DNA of 64,000 nucleotides, taken from a virus (taxonomy: Duplodnaviria; Caudoviricetes). The notes below the pieces were generated by a model. That model saw only the letters and a list, made by a program, of their open reading frames with translations. It did no database searches and was not told where the DNA came from. Made by a program: the position numbers and the translations under genes. Location of the stretch: positions 1,010 to 65,009 of IMG/VR virus record IMGVR_UViG_3300042691_017518; one strand, 5' to 3'. Below are positions 19,680-31,600 of this stretch, one piece after another. Numbering within the stretch: the stretch's first letter is position 1; every line of letters begins with the position of its first letter.

Positions 19680-19696
19680 TCCTGGTCTTCTTCTCT
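19658..19696. terminator. terminator hairpin at the convergence of the two arms (probably bidirectional)
   Basis: AAGACCAGG-TTTGAT-CCTGGTCTT perfect 9 bp stem; A-run on left (U-tract for - strand), pyrimidine run on right. Confidence 0.8.
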
Positions 19697-19744
19697 AGTT
19701 TAGATTATGGAGAGATAAACGGCTTGCTAAAAAAATTTGGCGTT

Positions 19745-22700
19745 TTAATTAAACTCGTTATATTCTTCTGGATCCTCTTGTAGATCCTGTATTATAACTT
19801 GCATGTTTTCATTCTTACTATCAGCATCTTGGCCTATTCCTGAAGGCATAAACCAATTTACAAAACTACTAGAATTAGTCATACTATGAGCTTGTTCTGG
19901 AGTCATCCATTCATACCATTTAGAATCAGTCATAGTTTTAATAAATCTATTTTTCAGTTCAGGAAACTGCATTTCATAGACATTTTTTAAAGGCTGTTTT
20001 CTAAACCAGAATTTACCTGCATGACTAGATCCTTTGTACATTCCTGATTCATAAACTTCAGGATTAAATGCTTCAGAAAAATCTAATAAATCTTTAATCA
20101 TTCTTGCACCTACTACTGGTTCATCAATCATGTTAGCAAGTTCAGCAGGAGACCATGCAGCTCCTTGTTCTAATAATAATCGATTTAACTGATAAGCCAT
20201 GTATTGAGTAGTCCAATCTTCATCGTCAGCATCATCTGCTGCAAGGTTGGCAAGACCAGCTAGAACAGCTACAATATTTAAATAAAGTAAATCTAGAGCA
20301 GTCTTCATAACTCCTCGTTTTCTTGCAGGACTTAAAGTATGCCAAGTAGCAAAAGCAGCTTGAAGACCTGCTTTGTCTTTTACTAATGTTTTATAGAAAG
20401 CATTATATAAGAAAGAACTAGTTGCACGATAAGTACCTATTTCTTCTTCTTCTGTGATTAAATTAGTTCCTTCTTTTCTAAATCTTGTATCTACTAATCC
20501 TATGAACCATCCACGGTGCATAAGTAAAAAATCTCCAGCAATACTTCTAGATAATTTTCCTTTATCTGTAGCAGATAAAGTACCGTCTACATAAGTAGAT
20601 ACGTGCTCTATTTTTCCTTTAGCACTATTTAATACTTTATCTGTAACGTATTTTTTGAATTCAGGTTTAACACTTAGATTGCCATCTATGACTTCATATG
20701 CGTTGTATAAACTTTTTTCTCTAAGATCTGCCCATTCTTTTGAAATTTGCTTGTCAAAAGTTTTATCAGTTACTCCTCCATTTTCTGCAATTCTTTTTTG
20801 AAAGAAATTATAGCGAGTTAAGAACTGATTATTATATAAACGATAGTTATCATAAATAGCTAATGCTATACGACCCTTGATGCCATAGTCACCAGTTGCA
20901 AAAGTAGTATACATTACATCTCTATTCAGTAATTTACGAGCTCCTCTAGTTCTAGTAGTTTCGTAAAGCATCTTTTCTAATCCTACTACTTCTGTTTGTT
21001 GAAGCATTAAGTGCATTTTATTAGTCTGTTTAGCTTTACCTACTTCTCCTAATACTTGAAAAAGATTACTACCAAATTCTAATCGAGCCCAGTTTTTACT
21101 TTCAGTAGTAGTATAAATACCTATCGCATCTTCAATAATACTATCGCCTGTACCTTTTAAATATCCTGATAAAGCAGTAGGTATATTAAAGGCAAGGTTA
21201 TTATTTCTAATAAAAGCTGCAAATCTTTGAGAAGCTTTAGTTGCAGAAAATTGTTTACCTGCTATACCTAATGCTTTTGTAATTTTATTTTCAGGTATAG
21301 GATTAGTTGCTAATGCTTTTCTTTCTATTCCAAATACATGACTATCCATAAGATTTTCTAGTGTAGCATATTCAACAGATTCTACACCTTTCTTTCTTTG
21401 AGTTCTTTTAGCATCTGTAAAATAATTACGTTCTGCAAGAGCATATTGTAGAGCTCCTAAATCTCCAGAGATTTTATTCATCTCTTGAAAATTTTCTGCC
21501 ATCTCTGAAAATAAAGTAACACTACGTGCTACATCATAAGATAAATTATCTACACTATCTAGTTTTCTAGTAAAGTGAATAGGAACCATCTTATTATTTA
21601 AAACATTTAATTGCTTAAATACTTCACTAGAATTTTCTCCAAACTGTGTGTCGTTTGCATCTATAAATAAAGACTCTCTTCCTAAAGTAGCCATAGTACT
21701 CATAAAAGATTTTCCTCCTCTAACTTTTTCTAATCTTTCTAGTGTAGATTTTAAAACTGGAGGAACCATGTAAATAGTTTTTTCTGTTCTATATTGAACA
21801 GGCAGTTTATTTACAGCTTCTTTTTTAGTTTTAATTAAGAGATCATAATAAGCTTTTGTAGCTGGGTTAGCCATGATCTCATCAAATCTTGGATTTCTAA
21901 AACTATCATTTGGAACAGTAATTTCTGTTTCTTCTCCTGAGTCACTAATTACTTTTTTCTTTATAGTATTTTCATCAAAAAAGTTTCTCCAAGCTTTATT
22001 ATAAGCTATTAATTCAGCAGGATTTAAGAATACTACTTGAATCTGAGAGTAATCTTCAAAGCCTAAGTCTGCAGCCATTTTTGCTTTAGCTTCATCCATT
22101 TTAGCATAATACTTAGACCACTGATATTCGCGTATAAAAAAGTGAGTAGGATTTCCGTTCTCGTCTAATTCTATTAAATCTTGAATCTTACCACCTGCTT
22201 TAAATAAATTTTCTTGTGCTTTAAGTAAGTCATTAGCAACTCCTGTTGCATATCTTTTAACTTTTGCTACAGAATCAAAAATAATTTTATGAGCTGCTTT
22301 AATAATCTTAGAATCTGCATACTTGTAGTTACCTACTTGGAATCTCCAAATAGATACATCTTCTGCAGTATCTTCTAGCATTGCTCCTGAATCAAAATCT
22401 TTATCGATTTTTTCTCCATTAGCGTCAGTATTAGCGGCATCTACTACTTCTCTAGCAGATTTATTTAATAAGTTCTGAGCAATACCTCGTGTTTCTGTAA
22501 GATCGATAATAAGATTATGAATTAATTTTCTAACCTCTTCAGTCTCTTCATAAGGAATTTTATTATCTATTACAGATTGTATGAAACTATTAAAAAGATT
22601 CTCGTACATCTCTACAAACTTCATAGAAGTATTTAGAGTACCGTTATTAATAATACCAGAAGATCTGCCTTTAAGTAAAGCATTTTTTACTGTTTTTATT

Positions 22701-25609
22701 TCTTCCTCTCCAAGTTTAACAAAGCTTGAAATAGCTAAATCTAATTCTCCTTGAGCTAGTTTATACTCTAATAGTTGAATCTCTTTTTCTAAAGTTCCTA
22801 TAGTAACCTGGCTTTTAGCACTTCTACTTAAAGTAGCTAATCTACTGGCTAATTGAGCAATAACTTCTTTAATGAATTTTTCCTTGTTCTCTATAATAGG
22901 ATCCTTAACTTCTTGTTCTTCTGGTTGTTCTTCTTGTGCTTGCTCTTTTTCTATACTATACAATCTATCTTCAGGTAAAAAGTTTTCTTTTACTAATGCT
23001 CCTAAATATTGAGCATCAAGAATACTTTTTGCTAAAGGCATTATAGTAGTTTGTAAATCTCTACGAGCAGTAGAATTTTGTTTATTAAACTTAGCTTTTA
23101 CCCATTTAATAAATCTTTCTTTAGCAGCTTTTAAATAAGCCCAAAAACTTCTTTCTTCTGGTGCTAAATCTTGAGTTTCTTTAAACTGAGAAACAATTTC
23201 TTGAGCAAGAATTTTACCTAATGCTTCTTTTCTAAATTGAATTTCTTCAGTATAAATATCTTTATAGTCCTCTTTTACTACTGAATACTCTGTAGTATTT
23301 ACTACTGTTTCTAAAGCTTTTTGTATAGAAGGATCATTAATCATGATCTCTACAGCAAAGTGACCAATTTCTTCAGGAAGAGTATCTAGTTTTGCATCAT
23401 CTGCAATACCTATAAGAGCATTAGCAAAATCTGCTACACCTAGTATACCTTTTTCATATCTATCTTCAAACCTTTCTATTAAATCGTTTATGGCAGCTAT
23501 TTCAATACCGTGAAGTTTTGCCCAAACATAAAGTTTTTTAGTCAGTTCTTCTATTGGCGCTTCTTGAGTCTCACTTTCTAATTGCCTAAACATTCCATTG
23601 GCAAAAGGAGAATAGTAATCTGCTGAAGTAACGGCCATATTTTTATACCCAGCAATATAGTAATTACCTTTTTTGCTTAGTCTAAGATTCCAATCAGTAT
23701 CTCCAATAGTTTTAGAAATATTTGCTAAAGCTTTGTTTAGTTCGTCTACTTGAGACTCACTTAAAGTTTTACCGTAAACATAATTCCAGTAAATATCATC
23801 AGCTGCTTGTTGGTAGTAGTTTAATTTTTTCTTTTGATAAAAAATAGGAGTAGGTTTAGCTTCTTTTTTAACTTCTACTTCATTCCAAGTATTGCCGTAT
23901 TCGTCAGTAATTACTTTAGGACTAAATCCTTGTTTTCTAAGAATATTAGCTACAGTATTTTCGTAGAAATTATATATAGGTTTAAGAGCACCAAATCCTT
24001 CTGTCTCAACTCTTTCAAGTTCTTGTTTAAGTTGGTTTATTTCAGTATTTATTGGAAGTAATTCTTCTTCTATTTTACTTGACAAATCAACAACTACCCA
24101 ATTATTTTTTTTTGCTATTTCATTGGTTTTTAAAAAGTATTCTGCTTCACTTTTAGAAGTAAATTTATTTTGATATCTAAATGTAGGAGTATTAGGTATT
24201 TCGCTAGCAGAACCCCCAATTACTCCATATCTTAACTTTGTGTCAGTACTTTTTTTTCTTTTTTCAAGTTCCGCAATTCTATCTTGTTTTTCTCTTTTAA
24301 ACTCTTCTAATGTAGTGTGACCTTCTATTTTACTAGCTGTATTACCACTAGGAAATAATACTTTCTCATATCCTTTTTTAGCAGAGTCTTGAATGATAGA
24401 TTTAACAAAGAATGTAACCCAGTTATTGTCTTTGTTTAGGAGTTGTAAGAATTGATTTCCTTTATTATCAAAAGCTGCATTTAAAACTTCATTTATTAAA
24501 GGTTGTTCTAATGCTTTTTCTAAAAGTATTCCTTTTGATTGCTTACCATCAATTGTAAAATCAATATAAGGTTTGTATGTATCAGATGTTTTACCAACAT
24601 TTGTTATTTTTATAATATTTCCTTTAGAGTTAGTATAGGTAAACCCTAATAGTCTTTTATAATCCCCTTTATCTAAAACTAAATCTTCTTTGCTCCTACC
24701 TTTTTGAAACAAATCAGATTGTACTTCTAGTATTCTACGAGTTTTGGTAGGAGTTCCTCCTTCATAAACTAAACCATATAAACCGCCTCTAACTCCTAAA
24801 TTAGTATCTCCTTCAAAAAATTCATCTTGTTCTGCTTGTTTTTGTCCTATGACTGCATCATCACTTCTAAACCACCCTATACCTTTATCTGTAGCAAACT
24901 GAGCATGCCCTTTAATAGAAGGAGTAATTTCTGGTGTAGCTATTTCTTGTTCTGTATAATTAGTTCCACCTGGAACTGTTAGGTTAGAGTAATATTGAGA
25001 ATTATTTCTTCTTCCTTTTGTTTCTATATCATTTATAGCATCATTATACGTTTCATAAATATTAAAAGCAGGTTGATTATTGTTGTCAAAATACTCAATA
25101 TAATATTTACCTACATTATCGCTACTATCTGATACATTATAAGAAGTTTCTACATCATTTATCTTCTTTATAGAAGCTTCATTTAAAGTATTAGTAGTTA
25201 AAGTACCGCCTTTTAATATTTCTTCTTTAGCAGTATTAATCTCAACAGTATAACTATAGGTAGCAGCAATAGAAGTAGCTATTTCCCCTTTAGTCATACC
25301 TGGTTTAGCAATTTCTTTAAAAATCTCTAATTGGTCATTTGAAACTCCTTGTTTTTGCAAGTCATTTAGCCATCCTTGTAATTTATCTTGAGTAAATACA
25401 TTACGTTGTATTTTTTCTAAAGCATCAATAATTTTTAAAGTAGCATTAACAGTTCCTGGAGTAATATTTAATTGTTCTAGAGTAGGAAACTTTTCATTTC
25501 CATTTTTATCCATCCAAACACTAATCATAGCTTTAAGAGCACTTGGATGAATTCTAGCAGAGTTTTTTAATGCTTGATAATCTGGATGTGATATATTTAT
25601 ACAATACAT
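19745..25609 (-). CDS. giant virion cargo/ejection protein (1954 aa), RNAP-associated
   Basis: Directly downstream of virion RNAP; N-terminal PGGTNY...EVQSD domain, zincin-like EEIGH, helical C-terminal region. Confidence 0.8.
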   Translation of the reverse strand: MYCINISHPDYQALKNSARIHPSALKAMISVWMDKNGNEKFPTLEQLNITPGTVNATLKIIDALEKIQRNVFTQDKLQGWLNDLQKQGVSNDQLEIFKEIAKPGMTKGEIATSIAATYSYTVEINTAKEEILKGGTLTTNTLNEASIKKINDVETSYNVSDSSDNVGKYYIEYFDNNNQPAFNIYETYNDAINDIETKGRRNNSQYYSNLTVPGGTNYTEQEIATPEITPSIKGHAQFATDKGIGWFRSDDAVIGQKQAEQDEFFEGDTNLGVRGGLYGLVYEGGTPTKTRRILEVQSDLFQKGRSKEDLVLDKGDYKRLLGFTYTNSKGNIIKITNVGKTSDTYKPYIDFTIDGKQSKGILLEKALEQPLINEVLNAAFDNKGNQFLQLLNKDNNWVTFFVKSIIQDSAKKGYEKVLFPSGNTASKIEGHTTLEEFKREKQDRIAELEKRKKSTDTKLRYGVIGGSASEIPNTPTFRYQNKFTSKSEAEYFLKTNEIAKKNNWVVVDLSSKIEEELLPINTEINQLKQELERVETEGFGALKPIYNFYENTVANILRKQGFSPKVITDEYGNTWNEVEVKKEAKPTPIFYQKKKLNYYQQAADDIYWNYVYGKTLSESQVDELNKALANISKTIGDTDWNLRLSKKGNYYIAGYKNMAVTSADYYSPFANGMFRQLESETQEAPIEELTKKLYVWAKLHGIEIAAINDLIERFEDRYEKGILGVADFANALIGIADDAKLDTLPEEIGHFAVEIMINDPSIQKALETVVNTTEYSVVKEDYKDIYTEEIQFRKEALGKILAQEIVSQFKETQDLAPEERSFWAYLKAAKERFIKWVKAKFNKQNSTARRDLQTTIMPLAKSILDAQYLGALVKENFLPEDRLYSIEKEQAQEEQPEEQEVKDPIIENKEKFIKEVIAQLASRLATLSRSAKSQVTIGTLEKEIQLLEYKLAQGELDLAISSFVKLGEEEIKTVKNALLKGRSSGIINNGTLNTSMKFVEMYENLFNSFIQSVIDNKIPYEETEEVRKLIHNLIIDLTETRGIAQNLLNKSAREVVDAANTDANGEKIDKDFDSGAMLEDTAEDVSIWRFQVGNYKYADSKIIKAAHKIIFDSVAKVKRYATGVANDLLKAQENLFKAGGKIQDLIELDENGNPTHFFIREYQWSKYYAKMDEAKAKMAADLGFEDYSQIQVVFLNPAELIAYNKAWRNFFDENTIKKKVISDSGEETEITVPNDSFRNPRFDEIMANPATKAYYDLLIKTKKEAVNKLPVQYRTEKTIYMVPPVLKSTLERLEKVRGGKSFMSTMATLGRESLFIDANDTQFGENSSEVFKQLNVLNNKMVPIHFTRKLDSVDNLSYDVARSVTLFSEMAENFQEMNKISGDLGALQYALAERNYFTDAKRTQRKKGVESVEYATLENLMDSHVFGIERKALATNPIPENKITKALGIAGKQFSATKASQRFAAFIRNNNLAFNIPTALSGYLKGTGDSIIEDAIGIYTTTESKNWARLEFGSNLFQVLGEVGKAKQTNKMHLMLQQTEVVGLEKMLYETTRTRGARKLLNRDVMYTTFATGDYGIKGRIALAIYDNYRLYNNQFLTRYNFFQKRIAENGGVTDKTFDKQISKEWADLREKSLYNAYEVIDGNLSVKPEFKKYVTDKVLNSAKGKIEHVSTYVDGTLSATDKGKLSRSIAGDFLLMHRGWFIGLVDTRFRKEGTNLITEEEEIGTYRATSSFLYNAFYKTLVKDKAGLQAAFATWHTLSPARKRGVMKTALDLLYLNIVAVLAGLANLAADDADDEDWTTQYMAYQLNRLLLEQGAAWSPAELANMIDEPVVGARMIKDLLDFSEAFNPEVYESGMYKGSSHAGKFWFRKQPLKNVYEMQFPELKNRFIKTMTDSKWYEWMTPEQAHSMTNSSSFVNWFMPSGIGQDADSKNENMQVIIQDLQEDPEEYNEFN

Positions 25610-25612
25610 ATT

Positions 25613-28600
25613 TTAACAGTTTTTAGCATGTTCAATTGCAGCTATTTGTTGCTCATAATTCAAAGATATGAAAACTTCTTGAGGCATTCTTTCTTCTTCA
25701 GGTAGTTTTGCAGTAGCTTCTTGATATTCATTCCAATATTCTTGTTCGAATAATCCCATTTTTTCTGTTGTCGCTGTATCTAAAGATGCTAAGAAAGCAG
25801 GTTTAGCTGGAGTTACTGGAGTAGATGGTTGAGTAGTAGAAATATTTTGATAAGCTTTAGCAAGAGCTTCTATAAATTTATTCTCTCCTGTAGATTCCCA
25901 GAATTTATCTCCTATTACATTATGTGTAGATTGTTCAATATAAGCTAAACCACCTCTTTCATTTATTCCTTGAACTAACTCAGGATGTTGTTTAAGTTTT
26001 TCTGTAAGAATATCTGTCATTATAGAGAAAGTATCTCCAATCTTACCACCTCTAACCTTACCACCTTTTAAATCATAACCTGCTTGATTAAACTCTCCAG
26101 ATTTCCAAGTTTGATAAGCATGTTCAGAATTTACATATTCTTTTCCTTTATAAGTTAATCCTACTGTATTACCTACATTGGTAAGTTTTTTAGCAAACTC
26201 AGAACCTTTACTTGAAATATTTTCAGGTTTAACACTAGTAGCTGGTTGAGCGGGCTTTAATTCATTAATTATATCTTTATATGTTCTTTTTAGACCATAC
26301 TTCTGTTGAAGAGCATTTGATACTATAAGTTGTTTATCTCCTGGATCAGGAATATTTGTGTCTTCATAAAGCTGATTAATTAAATCCATTAATCCACTTT
26401 TATTTATATTTTCTAAATCACTTGCTGTAGAACCATCAGTTGCATAAAATGAAAAGTTACCTTCACCATAAACATCTTTCCATTCATATAAACGTGGACT
26501 TACTTTATTATCTTTTTCTTCTAGTTTAACCATCCATGTTTTAGCATCTCTTTCAAATACAATTGCAGAAGTACCAGCTGGATCAGGATCAATACGAATA
26601 ACTTTAGTTTTGTTATTATCAAATAATAAAGGAGTTTTTAATTCTGTATCTCTAGCCCCAAAGAGATTACGACTCTTATATGTTGTTTCAATCAGTCTAA
26701 GATTAGCACGTAACCATTTAACATCTTCTTCAGTTAATTGATTACTAACTTTGCCTTCAACACTAGTAGATGATTGAGTAGTAGGTAATATAGAACCTAA
26801 TTCAGGAATACTTTCTTCATTAGTTACTTTAGTAGGCGCTACAGTAGTTGTAACATCTGCTGCTGTTGGAGTTTCTCCAATAGCTGCTAACATTGCTGCA
26901 TCATTTGAGGCTATTTCATCAGCTATTTGATTTGATGGCGCTGGTGTATTACTTACTTTTGGATTAGGCGTAGCTTTAATATCAGAAAGTACAGAGTTTT
27001 CTATGTCTTTAAAATAATCGTATTCTAATGTAAAGTTAGAAGTTCCTAAAGTAGATACTCTTTGATACATTACTGTGTCAATATCTCTTTTACCGTCAAA
27101 ATTATCTGGATTTTTTTGATCAAATTTAGTAGGAACGTATTTATATAAGTAAATAGCATTTCTTTCTCCATAAACTTTGATAAAAGGCACAGGAGTATTG
27201 TTAGGAATTAACCCTTTGTTTTTGTCTTTGTTAATTATCAATGCTCCTTTAGGAGTTTGAATAATACCTCCTTTAGAATTCTTAGCTGCTTCGGTTACTA
27301 CATTATTTAATTGCGTTCCCGTAGTTCCACCTTCTTTTTCTCCTATAGTTTTGTCAATTTTTACTGCAGGTACTAAGTTTTCTTTATCGTAGTTATTTCT
27401 TAAGAACTGATCAATAAATCTTTTTTCCCAAATAGCTTTATCGTCTGATAATTTTTGAGAATCTAGAGATTGTTCTAAGAAAACATTAAAAGGATTTCCT
27501 TTAGAGTCTACAATATTATTAGCAATCTGGAATTCATTAGTCCAGAATTTTACAGGAATCATATTTGCAAAACTAAAAGGACCAAAACCATAACCATTAG
27601 CAAAGTAAGTGTATTTAACTAAGTCTAATGCTAGTTCTTTTACTTCTGGATTAGAATCTTGCATCATTCTTTCCCAAGCATATTTTACTCGTTGAATTTC
27701 TACAGGTTTTTTACCTGTATTGTAATATTCTATACGTCTAATAGGTGAATAAGCATTAGCTTCTACTACGTATAGTTTATCTAAGAACATTTTGTAAGGC
27801 GCATCTGCAGGAATTTTATTTTTTAATTCCATTAGTCTATTTGGCGTAGAACCTAAAATGTCTTTGCTTTGAGAATATCTGAAGAAAGGAAAATTAGAAG
27901 CTATAAAATTAATAAAATGAGTATTAATCATCTGTGCTTCTTTCTCTGTTAAAGACTTGTTTCTTTTAAATTCAGCAAAAGTATTTTTTAATTCGCCTAG
28001 TATAGAAAAACTAAATCCACCTTGTTCATTAATAGTTCCTATTGAAGGGAAGATTTTATTTAAAACATTAATAGGAGATATTAGGCCATATTTAGTAAAG
28101 CCAGGAATCATTATTTGCTCACTACCACCCCAGAAAATTTCTTCAGCTCCTTGAATTTTGTTTGTGTCTTTTTTAATTTTCTCTAATACATTACGTTGTT
28201 TTTGCAACATTGTATAGTTAGCAGCACTTGTAGGCCCAACACCTGTAGTATCTACTCTAGATGCTTGAATGCCTTGACCTAATTCTCCAGCAGTTTCATA
28301 CCAATCTCCAAAAGCTTTTAATACAGCTGATTGTACAATATAGTAATCTACTGATTTATCAGGATTAAGATTCTTTTCTAGTAAATCTGTTGTAAAATCT
28401 ACAGCTGCTACTGTAGCAGGATCTATACCTGCTTCTTTTAATTTAGCATTTAATAGTCCTTGCCATTTGTTTTTAATATCTGAGAATTGTTTTTCTTCAG
28501 AAAGAGACCCACGATCATTGTAATATTTTTGAGTTAACTCTAAAATTACAGGTTGGTTTATGAAAGCATAAATGAAATCTTCCTGTATACCTAATCGTTG

Positions 28601-31600
28601 CATTAGAGCAATTGTATTAGCAGTAAAGGTGTTCATATTCAAGAACGATGCGATTGGATCTTTGGCGTTATCTACTACTGCTGCCAAGTCAGTTGCTAAT
28701 AATTTAGAGATTCTTTGACCTTGATTATTATAAACTTGATTTAACATTAAGTATTCTTGGCCATTAACTGTTATAGGAGACTTCAAAGCTAAATTAGTAA
28801 ACTGAGCTTTAGCATGATGAGTATTATGGTTAGCAAATATACCAATCAGTTGTTTACCCATCATATTACGACGGAAAAGTTCTAACTGTGTAGAAGGATA
28901 GTTAATGTTAAAGTCTGCGTCATCTAAATCATCAGCAGCTTTTGTTAATTCTTTACCTTTTAATTTATTAGCTTTAGTTACTTCACCAGCTTGTAATAAT
29001 CTAATTCTAGCAGATGATTCTCTTAATGACTCGAAGTTACCTGGATTAAGAATAGATGCTGCAGTATTCTCGTTTTCTAATATACCGTGGATAATATCTA
29101 ATTTTTTATTATCTCTAGCTTTTTTAGAGTTAGCTGTTATAGGATTAAAATCTTTAGACATTAATCTTTTAGCAATAAAGTTAATAGCATTTTGATCTAC
29201 TTCTTTTATTTCTGCCATAGCCTCGTTAAAAGGCATATATTCTTCCTCTAATTCTTTGTAAAATCCGTCAATAGTATCCTGAATAAATTTCATCCAAACT
29301 GGATCAGGATCTTCACCAGTAGTTTGAGCCATTGCTAAAGCCGCTTTTTGATCGTCTTTTGCTTGCTTAATTGCTTCTTTAAGTTCTAAAAATTCATCTG
29401 TTTCAGCAATTTCTTTTTTAAGTTCATATGCTTCTGCTTGTTTTTCAAGAAGATCTCTACGCACTTTAATCATTCTATCTTGATCCTCTTCTTTTTTAAC
29501 AGTAGCTTTTATAAACCTAACGTAATCTCTGAAGTTTTTATAAATATTTTCTGCAACTAATGTAGCCTCTTCTTGTGTTTTAGCGCTATCATAGTATCTT
29601 ACAGTTTTAGCTTCACCTTTTTTATTTACAGTAAAAGCTTTAGCCATAAAATAAAGTTTATCAATATCGAAGTCAAGCCCTGCTACAGTTGTAACTTCTA
29701 CAGGTAATATTACAGTTCCTCCCATTGAAATAGGGGTAAACCCTACTACTTCAATATTAAACATAGAGTATTTATCTTCCGTTGGAATACGATATCCTAC
29801 TATTTTTAATAAATCTGCTGCCTGCGGATTATTACGAAGTGCTTCAATGTCTACTTCTCCTTTAGAGTTCTTAGGAAAGAATTGTTTAGACCAAGCAGGC
29901 AATAAAGCTTGATAAGTTATAGTTCCTGTCTCTTCATTTACAATCATTTTTAATTGATCAGATACTCCAAAAGCAGTAGTGTTGATCAAAGCGCCTCCAT
30001 TAATTTTTTGCTTAGTTACACGATTCTTAAAGAAGGAGTTCATAACTGCTTCCATTTTGTAAGCAATCATAGGGTGGTATAAAGGCAATGCAGTTCTTAC
30101 TGCTTTCTCACCATTCTTTAAAACTACCTCAATAGGAGCTAAAGCATCAAGATATTCTTGACCCATCTCTCTATCAATAACTTCCTTGCGTAGTTCCGCA
30201 GCTAATTTTTCGTAGTTAATTGTACCATCAGGATTTTCAAAGATTTCTCGTACATCTTCAAAAGATGTTTTTAAATCTTCTACTATTAATTCTTGAAATA
30301 ATCTAGCAACTTCAGATCCTTTCATAGACTTTCCACCTACAGTATAATCTCCGTCTAATTTAATATCTCCGATAATTAGATTTCTTAACTGAGTACCAAA
30401 GTTACCACGCTCATCTACATAGTGAGGAGGAGTCTCTTGCTGAAGTCTCCAGTCTTCTGTTTTAAGATTTATAATTTCAGCATTTTCAGGAAGTTTATAA
30501 CTACCATCTGGTTGTTCTTCATACTCAGTAAATCTTACTTTGTTTTCTTTATCTATAGTATTTCCTATACCTCCTACTTTAACAGCAGATTCAAAAATAG
30601 CTGTGTCAATTTTTCCTGATTCCATATCAGCATATAGTGCTGCAAGTTTTGGGTATAGAAAATTACCCGCTGCATCTTTCTTTTCTGCGAAAGATTTAGT
30701 AAGTACTGTTTCAGCATTTTTAATTTGTGTAGGAATTACCACTCCATCTTCTATTCTATGAGAAAAGATAAATGGTTTTTCTGGTTTAAACGGAGGGTTT
30801 AAAAGATTTAAATCTTCTATAGTTTCTTTCCCCGCTTTCATTCTAACCATAGCTGCATCGTGTTCAGGAGTCCATCTTCCTAAACCTTCCATAGTTTCTT
30901 TTCTTCTCTCTGCAGAAATAAAAGTAGCAGCATCTGTATAGTTATGATCAGTAGTAGTCCAAGTAGTTCTTAAAACTTTTTTCTCTGCTTCTGGTATATT
31001 AGCTCTATCAATAATAGCTAATATATGGGATTGAGTTTCTTTTTTTGTAGGAGCAGCTTCATCATTAAGAATGATAGCTTTATAATAATCTCTTTGATTT
31101 TCTGTATTTGAGAACATTCCTGGACTCAATACTTGCTTAAATCGTTTTTGATAATCTGTAGTGTTTTTATAAAACGCAGGATCTCCTCCTAGTAAAGTCG
31201 TTAACTGCGTGTTCATATAATAAGTATTCAATAAATAGCTTTTAAAGAAGTCAGTAGAATCTTTAATAGTTTTATCAATTACTTTTTCAGAGAAAGCGAT
31301 CTTTCCAGTTGTATCGTTAACTGCTAGAATAACCCCTTTCTTCTTTAAACTATCTATTTCTTTTTTAAAGAACTTAGATTTAGTAATATCTGCATCTAAG
31401 AATTTTTCAATCTCTGCTCTAACCTTAGCTTCGTTAAAACCTTTTTTAGTATCTATTTTACCGTTAAGGAAATCTAGAATCTGAAACTTGGTTCCTTTAT
31501 TAAAATAGTTAGGTATACGTCTTAGTACTGAATCAGTTTTACTTGTTTGTAGTTTTTTAATTCTACCAAATTCTGCTTCAGCCGTCTTTACTAATCTATC

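Noticed and set aside
19717-19746. Second hairpin near the arm junction
   Set aside because: Stem is short and mismatched; not convincing.
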